A stretch of 64,000 nucleotides of DNA from an uncultured Candidatus Saccharibacteria bacterium (GTDB lineage: Bacteria > Patescibacteriota > Minisyncoccia > UBA6257 > GWB1-50-10). How positions within the stretch are numbered: the first letter of the stretch is position 1; every line of letters begins with the position of its first letter. Positions 8,448 through 22,171 of the stretch are shown piece by piece. The notes under the pieces were generated by a model. It was not told the DNA's origin. It saw only the letters and a list, made by a program, of their open reading frames with translations, and did no database searches. A program made the translations under genes and the position numbers. The DNA is taken from contig CAYHLH010000001.1 in NCBI GenBank assembly GCA_964357525.1, forward strand, positions 11,719 through 75,718. The letters are read 5' to 3'.

Positions 8448-8662
8448 GCCGATTATATATAAATTTTCGAGTCCACCGACGATGAAAATTTATCCATAGA
8501 ATCGAGCACCCCGCACATAATATGCCGATTCGACGATGTATAATATTCTATTTTACTCCTGTTGTTCATAAAATTAATTTTAATGAATCGCTTATGTGCA
8601 GGGTTTAGGTTTGGTAATCAAAAATTCTTCGCCCGCGGCTCGAATTTTTGAACCAAGCCCTA
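8448..8662 (-). promoter_or_regulatory. Conserved upstream leader module, copy D (type-2 P1 stem), between ssb stop and rpsR start
   Basis: P1 arms GAGCACCCCGCACATAA (8504-8520) / TTATGTGCAGGGT (8592-8604). H0 TCAAAAATTCTTCGCCCGCGGCTCGAATTTTTGA then ACCAAGCCC. uORF MDKFSSSVDSKIYI* at 8453-8497, stop 5 nt before rpsR ATG. Confidence 0.65.
8453..8497 (-). CDS. candidate leader peptide MDKFSSSVDSKIYI (uORF) upstream of rpsR
   Basis: ATG GAT AAA TTT TCA TCG TCG GTG GAC TCG AAA ATT TAT ATA TAA on the minus strand. Confidence 0.35.
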   Translation of the reverse strand: MDKFSSSVDSKIYI

Positions 8663-9124
8663 AAACGGAATATCCTCCGATTTTATCTCCTCGTCTATGG
8701 AGACCTCCGGCACCGCCTCATCGCTCGCCGGCGCGTCGGGAGTGAAGTTGTCTCCCGTATCCTGTGAGGAGGAATCCTGCGGGAATCCTCCGCGGTCGCT
8801 GCGGGGTCCGAGCTGCAGCCGCTCCCCGACTATCTCTGTGGTCTTCCTGGGATGCCCTTCCTTGTCGGTCCACGCCCTCGTCTGCAGCCTACCTTCGACG
8901 AGCGCCGACGCGCCCTTCCTTAAGAACTGGTTCGCGATCTCAGCTTGGCGCCCCCACAGGACCACGGTGTGGAATTCGGCCCTCTTCTGCTTCTCCCCGC
9001 TCTTCGAGGTGAAAAAGCTGTTCGTGGCGAGCGAGAGCGTGCACACGGACTGCCCCGTCGGCGTCTGCCGGAAATCGGGGTCCCGCGTCAGATTTCCCAT
9101 GATGAAGACCTTATTGAGGTTCAT
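8660..9124 (-). CDS. ssb: Single-stranded DNA-binding protein
   Basis: MNLNKVFIMGNLTRDPDFRQTPTGQSV OB-fold N-terminus and acidic C-terminal tail ending DIPF. Confidence 0.9.
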   Translation of the reverse strand: MNLNKVFIMGNLTRDPDFRQTPTGQSVCTLSLATNSFFTSKSGEKQKRAEFHTVVLWGRQAEIANQFLRKGASALVEGRLQTRAWTDKEGHPRKTTEIVGERLQLGPRSDRGGFPQDSSSQDTGDNFTPDAPASDEAVPEVSIDEEIKSEDIPF

Positions 9125-9143
9125 TTCCGTTCATTATACTCCT

Positions 9144-9585
9144 TTATTGGAGTATTTCCTCGATCTTCTTTTCCAGCGCTTCGTTCGAAAGCTGGCTACG
9201 ATATACGCGTTCGCGGACGGCGCGGCGCGCGGAGCGCGGGTGTCCCATGGACGGCGGAATGCCCATTGCCTTCTCCTCTTCTCCGGGGAATTCCCTCGTT
9301 GCCATCGCACGGAGCACGTTTTCGGAACGCGTCACGGCGGCAAGCGCCTCCTGGAGCGCGCCGGGGGCCGTGAGCAACACGAACGCTCCGGAAAATCCGA
9401 ACTGCTGTTTTTTCACCGGGTACGCGAGGCGCACTTTGATGAGCGGTTGTTCTTTCGCGATCTCCGCTCCGTGCGCGGAGAGCGCCGCGCGGAGCGCGGT
9501 GGTGTCCTCATCCCTCGTCACGAACGAGAGGCGGTATTCGACGGCATCCTTCTTTTCCCCTTCCATATGCGGAGCAAGCATACCG

Positions 9586-9608
<23 letters not shown>
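9144..9608 (-). CDS. rpsF: 30S ribosomal protein S6-like
   Basis: RLAYPVKKQQFGFSGAFVL motif typical of S6; position rpsF-ssb-rpsR; overlaps the rpoC stop. Confidence 0.6.
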
Positions 9609-13289
<3,681 letters not shown>

Positions 13290-13293
<4 letters not shown>

Positions 13294-16200
13294 GTTTCGC
13301 TTTCCCCCTCGCTCGCTCCTTCGGCATTTTCCTCGTAATCATAGGTGATGTTGAGGCCCAGCGATTTCAGCTCCGCAAGGAGCACGTTGAAGGATGCGGG
13401 AAGGAACGGCTTCTTGATCTCGTGGCCGCGTATGATGGCCTCGAACGCGGCGCTCCTCCCCACCACGTCGTCGGACTTGATGGTGAGCATCTCCTGAAGA
13501 GTGTGCGCCGCGCCGTATCCCTCGAGCGCCCACACCTCCATCTCGCCGAACCGCTGTCCGCCGAGCTGCGCCTTGCCCCCGAGTGGCTGCTGCGTGATGA
13601 GGGAGTAGGGGCCGGTAGAGCGCATGTGTATCTTGTCCTCCACCAGGTGGTTCAGTTTCATCATATAGATGTACCCGACGGTCACCGGCTTCGGGAACTG
13701 GTTTCCGGAAAGCCCGTCGTAGAGCGTGAGCTTCCCGTGTCGCGGGAATCCCGCCAGCTCGAGCTCGTCCTCTATGTCCTTGTCGGTCGGCCCCACGAAA
13801 TTCGGCACGATGGCCCTATACCCCAGGGTATACGCTGCAAGCCCCAAATGCGTCTCGAATATCTGGCCGAGGTTCATGCGGCTCGCGACACCGAGCGGAT
13901 TCAAGACAATATCCACGGGCGTGCCGTCCGCGAGATGCGGCATGTCCTCGATGGGGCGCACCTGAGAGATGACCCCCTTGTTCCCATATCTGCCCGCGAG
14001 CTTGTCGCCCGCGCGGATCTTCCTGAGCTGCGCGACCTCCACCTGTATCTTCTTGATGATGCCGGGCTCGAGCTTGTCGCCACGGTCCCGCGAGAAGATC
14101 TTGATGCCGATGACCCTGCCCTGCTTCCCGTGCGGCAAGACGAGCGAAGTGTCCTTCACGTCGCGCGCCTTCTCGCCGAAGATGGCCCTGAGGAGCCGCT
14201 CCTCGGCGGTGAGCTCGGACTCGCCCTTGGGGCTGATCTTCCCCACGAGGATGTCGCCGTCCCTGACCTCCGCGCCGATGCGGATGATGCCTTCCTCGTC
14301 GAGGTTCCGAAGTTTGTCCTCGGACACGTTCGGGATGTCGGGAGTCGTGAGCTCGGGACCGAGCTTGGTGTCCCGGACGGAACAGGTGTGCGTCTCGATG
14401 TGGATGGAGGTGAAGACGTCCGCGCGCGCAACCCGCTCCGAAACGACGATGGCGTCCTCGAAGTTCGCCCCGTGGAAAGGCAGGAACGCGACGAGCAGGT
14501 TTTTCCCGAGAGAAAGTACCCCGTCCGCGGTCGCCGAACCGTCCGCCAAGGGCATCCCCTTCTTCACCTTGTCGCCAACGGCGACCAGTGGGCGCTGCGA
14601 TATGCACGTGGAGTTGTTGGAACGCTTGAACTTGGGAAGACGGTAGACGCGAGCGCCCGATTCGGTCTTCACCGTGACGGAGAGCGCGTCGACTTCCGTG
14701 ACGGTGCCGCCAACGTCCGCGATGAGCACGCGTGACGAGTCCTGCGCGGCCTTCACCTCGTCCCCGGTGCCCACCAAGGGCGGCTCGGGAAGCACAGGCG
14801 GCACCGCTTGGCGCTGCATGTTGCTGGCCATGAGGACGCGGTTCGCGTCGTTGTGCCCCAAAAACGGCACGAGGGACGCCGATACCGACACGAACTGGCT
14901 GGGAGACACGTCTATGTAGTCAACCTCGTTCCGGTCGCAGGTTCCGGGATTCCCCTTCACGCGCGCGGCGACGCGCTGCGGAACTATCCCGTGTTTCTCG
15001 TCGAGCGGGGTGTCGGACTGCGCGATGTCGTACTTCTGCTCCGCGACGGCGTCAAACCACGCGATCTCCCTCGTCACGACCCCCTTTTCCACCTTGAAAT
15101 AAGGCGTCTCCAAAAATCCATAGTCGTTCACGCGGGCGTTCGAGGCCAAATAGTTCACGAGACCGATCGAGGCGCCCTCGGGGGTCTGGATGGGGCACAC
15201 TCTCCCGTAATAGGAGCTGTGCACGTCCCTGACCTCGAATCCCGCGCGCTCGCGGGTGAGTCCTCCGGGACCCATGGTGGAAAGCCGGCGCTTGTGCTCG
15301 AGTTCCGACAAGGGGTTCACCTGGTCCATGAACTGACTGAGCTGCGAGGACGCGAAAAAATCCCGGACGACCGAGGTCAAAAGCTTGTAGTTCACGAGCT
15401 GGACGGGCTGGAGTTGCGACCGGTCGAACATGCTCATCCTGTCCTGGACGCCCCTACGGAGGCGCGCGAAGCCCACGCGGAGCTTCATCTGCACGAGCTC
15501 GCCGACGGCGCGTATCCTCCTGTTTCCCAGGTGGTCGATGTCGTCGGGAGCGCCTTGCGGGTCGTTGTTCAGGCGGATGACCTCCCTCACTATCGCGACG
15601 AGGTCGTCGCGGTCGAGAAGCCCGCCTTTCTTCTTTTCCGTCACGAGGCGCTGATTCAGCTTGAACCTCCCTACGGGAGAGAGATCGTAGCGGTCGAAGC
15701 GGAAGAACATCGGATCGATGATGCCTTTCGCCGATTCGACGGTGACGAGGTCGCCGGGGCGGAGGCGCTTGTGGATGTCGAGGTACGAATCGTCAAGGGT
15801 CTGCGCCTCGTCCTTCTTCAAGGTCGCCTCGATATGCTTCACCTTCCCCGTGTCCACCTCCTTGAAGGCGGCGGCCATCTCCTCGTTCGACGCGAAGCCG
15901 AAGATGCGGAGGAGCTCGGTGACCGGGGCCTTCCTCTTGCGGTCTATCTTCACGTAGATGGCGCCGTCGGAGTCCGTCTCGAATTCGAGCCACACGCCGC
16001 GGTTCGGAATGACCTTCGCGCCGAAGAGCTTCTTGCCGCGGAACACGTGTTCGGAATAGTAGACGCCCGGGCTCCGGATGAGCTGGAGGATGACCACGCG
16101 CTCGACGCCGTTGATGATGAATGTCCCGCGGTCGGTCATGATGGGAAAATCACCGAGGTACACCTCCTGCACCTTGGACTGCTTCGTCTCGTTCATCACG

Positions 16201-16481
16201 AGCTTCAGGTTCACGCGGAGCGCCGCCTCGAAGGTCTGGTCCTTATCCCTCGCCTGCTCCTCGATGTATTTCGGCGGATCGAACTTATAGTCGAGGAAGT
16301 GGAGTTCCAGCTCCTTGCCGGTGTGGTCCGTGATGGGCGATATCTCGTCGAAAAGCTCGCGGAGCCCCTTGTCCACAAACCATTTGAAGGAATCCGTCTG
16401 GATCTTTACGAAATTGTCCGGGGTGTGCGAAAACCCCTTGTAGGACGAAAAAAGTTTTGTGGTGTGAGGTACCTTAAACAT
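13290..16481 (-). CDS. rpoB: DNA-directed RNA polymerase subunit beta
   Basis: 1063 aa; conserved beta-subunit blocks (GDKLAGRYGNKGVIS, NPLGVASRMNLGQ...), 4-nt overlap with rpoC. Confidence 0.97.
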
Positions 16482-16500
16482 GAAAATTGCGGAAAAACGA

Positions 16501-17556
16501 CTACGAGGAAAGGTATTGTGCGCGCTTCGCGTTGTGTTCCTGGAGGGTTTTTGAAAAATGCGTCTCCTGAGTGTCTGGAGCGGACAGATAGTAAAGGTAG
16601 GGGCTCTCCGCGGGGTTCGTCGCCGCGCGAATCGCGGCCTCGCCCGGATTTGCGATGGGGGTCGGGGTCCATCCGACGCGCTTATAGGTATTGAAAGGGG
16701 AAGCGAGTGAGGTGTCTGACCTCAGGACCCGTATGTCCGCGCACCCCTTCAAAAGCCCCTTGCACTTCGCGTACGAGATGGTGGCATCCACCTGCAAGGG
16801 CATCTTGAGCCCGATGCGCTTCAAGAGCACGCCCGCGACGAGCTCTCTGTCCTCATATTCGGGCACTTCCCGCTCGAGGTAGGAAGCGAGGATGAGCCGT
16901 TCATACCAGTCGCGCGACTCCGAAAGGAGCGGCCACGCGCGCGATGTGAAGATGCTTAGCATTCTCCTCACCACGACCTCGGGAGAGGAATCCTTCTCGA
17001 AGTAGTACGTCTCGGGAAAGAGGAATCCTTCGAGGGACGCGGCGCGGGTGAGGAACGGGAAATCGATGCGTAGCGTTTCTATCGGGAACTTCGTGAGATC
17101 CTCCTCTTCGCCGATGACCCCTTCCTCGACGAGCGTCACCGCGATATCGCGGAGGGTCGCCCCCTCGGGGATCGTGACGAGCACGTCGCCTTTCTTCGCC
17201 GAAGTTATCTCGCTCATGATCTCCGGAACGCTCATCGCGTTCGAGAACTCATAGGCGCCCGGCTGTATCTTCTGCGCGCGGCCGGAGAGAAGCGCGTACA
17301 TTTTGAACACGGCAATGGATTTAATGAGCGATTCGCGGGAAAGGCGCGCGGCGACCGATCGGAAACTTTCCCCTTTCTCGATCGTAAACTCTTTCGCCAC
17401 CGTGCCGCCGTCCGCGGGCTGCAGGCCGTAAAAAAAATAACCGGCGGCGACCACTAAAAACAAAAGAAGCCCCAGCCCCACGAGGACGGACAAGTTCACT
17501 ACCTCTTTCTTGTCATAGTGAGGATTCAAGCTTCTTGCTCTGTATGATACCCACAA
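16501..17556 (-). CDS. mltG: Endolytic murein transglycosylase MltG (YceG family)
   Basis: N-terminal TM and YceG-like domain (LQVDATISYA...). Confidence 0.7.
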   Translation of the reverse strand: MWVSYRARSLNPHYDKKEVVNLSVLVGLGLLLFLVVAAGYFFYGLQPADGGTVAKEFTIEKGESFRSVAARLSRESLIKSIAVFKMYALLSGRAQKIQPGAYEFSNAMSVPEIMSEITSAKKGDVLVTIPEGATLRDIAVTLVEEGVIGEEEDLTKFPIETLRIDFPFLTRAASLEGFLFPETYYFEKDSSPEVVVRRMLSIFTSRAWPLLSESRDWYERLILASYLEREVPEYEDRELVAGVLLKRIGLKMPLQVDATISYAKCKGLLKGCADIRVLRSDTSLASPFNTYKRVGWTPTPIANPGEAAIRAATNPAESPYLYYLSAPDTQETHFSKTLQEHNAKRAQYLSS

Positions 17557-18592
17557 GGAGCGAGGCCGTCAAGATGCTTGAACCCCCGTAGGAGAGGAAC
17601 GGCAAAGTGATGCCTGTGACTGGCACAAGCCCCAAATTCGAGCCGATGTTGATGAGGGAATGAGCGAGAAACACGATGGAGGCGCCGAGCGTCACGAATT
17701 TCCAATAGTTGTCCCCCACCCTGGCGCCGATCGCGGTGAACCGCCAGATTATGAGAAAGTACGCGAGGATTACGAGCGTGCCCCCAAAAAGCCCCCACTC
17801 CTCGACAAGCGCGGCAAAGATGAAATCCGTTTCCGCCTCGGGAAGGAACCCGAGCTGCGACTGCGTCCCGCCCCTGAACCCCTTTCCGAAGAGCTCGGCG
17901 GAGCCGATGGCGACCTTCGACTGGATGACGTTGTAGTTGATGCCAAGCGGGTCGCGCTCCGGAAACACGAACGCCGTGATGCGGTCCTTCTGGTACGGCT
18001 TGAGGACGAAGCTCCAGAGGAGCACGGCGCCGAGAGCCGCAAGGGCGAGCCCCAGGAGAAACCTCCTTAGATGTATGCCGGAGAGGAGCAGGAACCCGAT
18101 CCAGATCGCGAAGATGACTGCCGCGCTCCCGAGATCGGGATGCGCCGCGACGAGAAGCCCCGGCACGCCCGCAAGGAGGAATGAGAACGCGATATTCTTC
18201 CCCTGCCACGCCGCCAGGTACCGCTTCGAGAAGAATCCGGCGAGGACGAGAATGAGCGCGAGCTTCATGAGCTCCACCGGCTCGAACTGGAATCCGCCGA
18301 CGACTATCCAGCTCTTCGTCCCCCGTATGGTCCCGCGCTGGAATTGGGAAACGAGAAGCAACGCGAGGGAAAACGCGTAAAGCCCGTAGGAAAACCACCT
18401 CTGTACCGAAAGCCACCGCCAATCCGCGCGCGAGGCGAGGAAGAAGAGGAGGAGCGCCCCGGCCGCCCATGCAAGCTGCCGGAAGAACAGCTCCATGTCG
18501 AGGGAGGCGAGCATGAGAAGCGAGAACGACAGCAGAAAGAAAATGCTTCCGTAGAGCATCCAATCGGCGTCCCTGAGGCGCGAGGAGAACAT
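17513..18592 (-). CDS. ftsW: SEDS family peptidoglycan glycosyltransferase FtsW/RodA
   Basis: 10-TM protein with the conserved C-terminal segment GGTSQLGFLPEAETDFIFAALVEEWG; start trimmed to MFSSRLRD. Confidence 0.8.
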   Translation of the reverse strand: MFSSRLRDADWMLYGSIFFLLSFSLLMLASLDMELFFRQLAWAAGALLLFFLASRADWRWLSVQRWFSYGLYAFSLALLLVSQFQRGTIRGTKSWIVVGGFQFEPVELMKLALILVLAGFFSKRYLAAWQGKNIAFSFLLAGVPGLLVAAHPDLGSAAVIFAIWIGFLLLSGIHLRRFLLGLALAALGAVLLWSFVLKPYQKDRITAFVFPERDPLGINYNVIQSKVAIGSAELFGKGFRGGTQSQLGFLPEAETDFIFAALVEEWGLFGGTLVILAYFLIIWRFTAIGARVGDNYWKFVTLGASIVFLAHSLINIGSNLGLVPVTGITLPFLSYGGSSILTASLLVGIIQSKKLESSL

Positions 18593-18593
18593 T

Positions 18594-19352
18594 TCACTCC
18601 GCCTGGATGACGACGCGGGTATTCCCGGGATCGATGAGGCGCGCGAGGAGTGCGTCCGCGGGGAACGCGACGGAAAAGTCGCGTACCGAAGAGGCGGGGA
18701 CCGAGGAGAGCACAGAACGCGAGGCATACAGTTCCTTCCCGTACTGGTCGGAGACGACGGCGATTATCTCGATGCCCGACGCGTCAGCGGAACCGTCGTT
18801 CTTAACGGATCCCGACACGCGTATGGTCGTCCCGGAGGCGACGGAGAACGGACCCGAGGAAAGGGAAAGGGACGGAAAAAGCGCCGAGAACGACCTCTCC
18901 CACCGGGGTTCCCCGACAGAGAACTCGATGCGGGCGATGCTTTTCGAGAATGTCTTCACCCCGCGCTCGAGGACGAGCGCGCGCCGCAGAGAAGGAACGG
19001 AGAGCTCTCCCGCCACCTCTTCTATCATCCTCCCGCCGGACTCGAAGATCTTGAGCGAGTAGGGGGCGCTCCGGGCCGCATAGTCGCGGTTCGGATTCAG
19101 CACCTCGAAGAGCGCGACATTCCCGCCCGCAGACGTAAGGACATTCGGTTCCTTCGTGACGCGGAGCGGCTGAAGCTCCACGATCTCGCACGGCGTGCAG
19201 GGCCCGCCGCAATCCGCCTTTTCTTCTCCCTGATTCCGCATTCCGTCCGTGCAGCTTCCAGCGGGCTTCAAAAACGCCTGGTAGGCCCACACGGCGATGC
19301 CCGCCGCGACAAGGACGAACGCCGTTCCGTATATCGTTTGCTTGTTGCTCAT
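18594..19352 (-). CDS. Hypothetical membrane-anchored protein
   Basis: N-terminal TM helix, Cys-rich stretch (CGGPCTPC), Ser/Val-rich domain. Confidence 0.45.
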   Translation of the reverse strand: MSNKQTIYGTAFVLVAAGIAVWAYQAFLKPAGSCTDGMRNQGEEKADCGGPCTPCEIVELQPLRVTKEPNVLTSAGGNVALFEVLNPNRDYAARSAPYSLKIFESGGRMIEEVAGELSVPSLRRALVLERGVKTFSKSIARIEFSVGEPRWERSFSALFPSLSLSSGPFSVASGTTIRVSGSVKNDGSADASGIEIIAVVSDQYGKELYASRSVLSSVPASSVRDFSVAFPADALLARLIDPGNTRVVIQAE

Positions 19353-20047
19353 TTCAATGCTTTTGCCATTGCGCGGAGCTTCCTTAAGTCCGCCGATGCG
19401 CCGCCGACAAGCGCGCCGTCGATCTTACTTTCAGAGAGGAAGGCTTTCACATTCTTCGCATCGACGGAGCCCCCGTAGAGCGTTTTCACCCGTGAAACGC
19501 GCTTGATAAACTTCGCCATCGCGGCGGCGTCGGAAACCGAACATGCGCGTCCGGTGCCGATGGCCCACAAGGGCTCGTAGGCGACGATTACGCCCTTACC
19601 ACTCCTTCCGAGAACGGCAAGCTGGCGCCGCACGTACGCCTCGGCGACGCGCCTCCCTTTTCTCCTGACGCTCCACGGTTCGCCGACGCAGAGAACGGGC
19701 GTGACTTTCATTCCCCGCGCGGCTTTCAGTTTTTTCAAAATCAAGGAATCCGTCTCCCCTATCGCGCGGCGTTCGGAGTGCCCAACGAGCGCGTATCGGA
19801 CCCCGAACGATTTGAGCATCGGGAGCGACACCTCGCCTGTATAGGCGCCTTTCGGCTCATGGAAGAAATCCTGCGCGCCGAGCGAGATCCCCTTCCCTAT
19901 CTTCGAAACGGCGGGCAGAAACGGGAACGGCGGGAATACGACGACCGTGTGCTTGCGTCCCGCTTTCCGCGCCGTGCGGGCGAGGGCGAGCGCCTCGCGC
20001 GGAGCCTTGGGATTCATCTTCCAGTTGAGGCCTATGAATTTCCTCAT
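19349..20047 (-). CDS. tpiA: Triosephosphate isomerase
   Basis: IGLNWKMN, VGHSERR, AYEPLWAIGTG motifs; the N-terminal part of the 499-aa ORF 19349..20848 is an artefactual extension. Confidence 0.9.
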   Translation of the reverse strand: MRKFIGLNWKMNPKAPREALALARTARKAGRKHTVVVFPPFPFLPAVSKIGKGISLGAQDFFHEPKGAYTGEVSLPMLKSFGVRYALVGHSERRAIGETDSLILKKLKAARGMKVTPVLCVGEPWSVRRKGRRVAEAYVRRQLAVLGRSGKGVIVAYEPLWAIGTGRACSVSDAAAMAKFIKRVSRVKTLYGGSVDAKNVKAFLSESKIDGALVGGASADLRKLRAMAKALK

Positions 20048-20946
20048 CCCGCGTGCTCCAAAAACCTCTTGAATACGACGTGCGCGTCCTTTCGCCTCAA
20101 GACGATTCCCGAGAGCGCCGCGAGGTACGGGAGGCGCTTCATCCTCTTGCCGAGGAGCGCCGCCGCCGAGGGGTACGACGCAATGCTCTCGCTCGCGATG
20201 GATTTTGGGTCCCATTTCAATATCTCCTCGCCGCTGCGGCGGTTCCTGGAATGAGGCGAGAATCCCGACGCGATGAGGTCGGAAACTGCTGCGGCGCCCA
20301 TTGCCTGCGGCTTCGCGCCCAAAAGCGCCCCTGTGCGGGACATCTCGTCGATGAACTGCGCGGCGAGCCATCCCTTGGCGTTCGCCCCCCACCCGAGGCC
20401 GTCGGCGATGCCGAGGCCCAGGGCATACAGGTTCTTCAAGACCCCCGCGAGCGCGATGCTCTTTATGTCCGAAACGTGCGCGAACCGCGCGGGGGTGCCG
20501 AAGAACAGCTTCTTGACCTTCAGGAACACCGCGCGGTTCGGCGTCCCGATGACCGCGACGCCGTAGAGCTCGCGGTCGAGCTCCTCGGCGAGGAACGGGC
20601 CGCCGATGAGCGCCACGGGATTCTTCGGACACTCGTCGCGGATGACCTCGTGCGCGAATTTCTTCGTTCCCTTCTCTATTCCCTTTGTGAACACGGCAAG
20701 AACGGCGCCCTTCGCGAGGAACGGCTTCATCGAGCGAAGCGCGCTCCGCAGGCCCCACGACGGCACGCAAATGAACACCACGGAGGCGCCACGGACGGTC
20801 TCCGAGAGCGAGTGGTGGACGTGCGGCTTCTCCAGATCCATGTCCCACACGAACACCTGTTTGCCGTTTCGGCTCAAAAGCATCCGCACCGACTGGCCGA
20901 TACGCCCCCCGCCGATGACGGCAATCTTCATCTTTCCGCGCTTCAT
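20044..20946 (-). CDS. gpsA: NAD(P)H-dependent glycerol-3-phosphate dehydrogenase
   Basis: IAVIGGGRIGQS Rossmann motif, GpsA C-terminal domain; 4-nt overlap with tpiA. Confidence 0.85.
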   Translation of the reverse strand: MKRGKMKIAVIGGGRIGQSVRMLLSRNGKQVFVWDMDLEKPHVHHSLSETVRGASVVFICVPSWGLRSALRSMKPFLAKGAVLAVFTKGIEKGTKKFAHEVIRDECPKNPVALIGGPFLAEELDRELYGVAVIGTPNRAVFLKVKKLFFGTPARFAHVSDIKSIALAGVLKNLYALGLGIADGLGWGANAKGWLAAQFIDEMSRTGALLGAKPQAMGAAAVSDLIASGFSPHSRNRRSGEEILKWDPKSIASESIASYPSAAALLGKRMKRLPYLAALSGIVLRRKDAHVVFKRFLEHAG

Positions 20947-21123
20947 TCCGATGACGAAAGGAAACGCATACGCGCGTTTCCGTACGATTGCGACGATTTG
21001 TTGTATGTTTTCCTTATTTTGTACATGGTTCTTTTCCTAAGTCTTTCCACGGCACACCGAGTGATCTATTCATCATACGGGACTCATATCCCCTTCAGTA
21101 TAGAACCATTTACGGCAAAATAA

Positions 21124-21152
21124 AAAACCCGCTCTGCGGCGGGTCTTTTTAA
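21124..21152. terminator. Bidirectional hairpin terminator (AAAAAACCCGCTCTGCGGCGGGTCTTTTT)
   Basis: GC stem flanked by A-run and T-run. Confidence 0.5.
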
Positions 21153-21168
21153 ATACAATCAACTCTTT

Positions 21169-21606
21169 TTATGCGGCGATGCGGAGAAATTTTTCAAGAT
21201 TCCCAAAGTCGTCCTTGGATTCCACAATAAACGACCTTCCTGCGTCAAACAGTTCATTCGCAAGCATCGCTTGCGACGGATTATCTAACGATTTCTCAAG
21301 GAAATCCAAAACCTTTTTCTCAATGACCAGAATATCGAACCGGAAGCTCTTCATTACATTTTTAAGAGCGTTCACTCCATTCTCCTCTTCATCATCATGA
21401 AAATCGACCCACTCGGTGTCATTCGTCGAAATCCCTCCTTTGTTCGGAACTAACATCTCAAGATGGGCGAATATGTCTTCCGGCCAACTGCACCAATCGC
21501 AAAATGCCACAACGAGCGCCCTTTTTTTCCGCTTTATACCTATAATCCGCCGAATCACTTCCCATACTGCCTCTGCGATGTGGGCAAACACATTCTTTTT
21601 TTTCAT
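21169..21606 (-). CDS. Hypothetical protein (145 aa, CDWC motif)
   Basis: AT-rich ORF in a low-GC island; no family recognised. Confidence 0.45.
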   Translation of the reverse strand: MKKKNVFAHIAEAVWEVIRRIIGIKRKKRALVVAFCDWCSWPEDIFAHLEMLVPNKGGISTNDTEWVDFHDDEEENGVNALKNVMKSFRFDILVIEKKVLDFLEKSLDNPSQAMLANELFDAGRSFIVESKDDFGNLEKFLRIAA

Positions 21607-21748
21607 TTTTCACCTCTTTATTAAAATTTTAAGAATATTCTTTCTGGGAAAATTAAACCCCCGATAACGGGTGCTGTCAAACTTCACCCCTGTGAAAGGA
21701 AAAACCCGCGGGTGAGCGGGTTTAACTTGAATCGGAAAGTGGATGTAA

Positions 21749-22171
21749 CTAAAAACTTATTTCGTCCTCGACGGGAATATACAACTTCTCGATATCGCTC
21801 CTTACGATATCCATCTCATCCGCGCGGACCGTGAAAAACTCCTTCACACCCAGGTTTTTCGACTCCTTTCGGAAGGTCTCAAATTTCTGGTTACCGAACC
21901 GGTTCATATCGTTCATGAAATCCTCATCTACAATCACAAAAACATACATTCCAACTGCAATCTCCTTTTTTCTGTCAATAAATGCCTTCGCCTGATTTAC
22001 TGTCGAGTAAAGGCGTACCGCATATGCGACATCAAGGGCGACCTCAGCATCTTCCCCAAGCTGAAGAGATTCAAACGAGTTGGTAATTATCTTGTAATCC
22101 AAACCCTTGAGAGCTTCAACGGCAAGAGGGATAAAAGAGGGGTTCTTTGCGAGAATTAGAATTTTTTTCAC
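21749..22171 (-). CDS. Hypothetical protein (140 aa), Rossmann/receiver-like N-terminus MKKILILAKN
   Basis: AT-rich island ORF. Confidence 0.45.
   Translation of the reverse strand: MKKILILAKNPSFIPLAVEALKGLDYKIITNSFESLQLGEDAEVALDVAYAVRLYSTVNQAKAFIDRKKEIAVGMYVFVIVDEDFMNDMNRFGNQKFETFRKESKNLGVKEFFTVRADEMDIVRSDIEKLYIPVEDEISF

Noticed and set aside
8448-8465. TATATATAAT next to the ATG, read as a -10 box driving leaderless transcripts of rpsR, rpmB and mraY
   Set aside because: The same nucleotides are the final codons (I-Y-I-stop) of a uORF that is conserved in three copies. The distance from the supposed -10 box to the ATG is too short for a transcription start site. This does not rule out a promoter elsewhere in the module.
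19349-20848. A 499-aa ORF that spans tpiA and runs into the gpsA region
   Set aside because: Only the C-terminal 232 aa, starting at MRKFIGLNWKMN, are triosephosphate isomerase. The N-terminal 267 aa are an Arg-rich out-of-frame read-through of gpsA, which is independently well supported in another frame.
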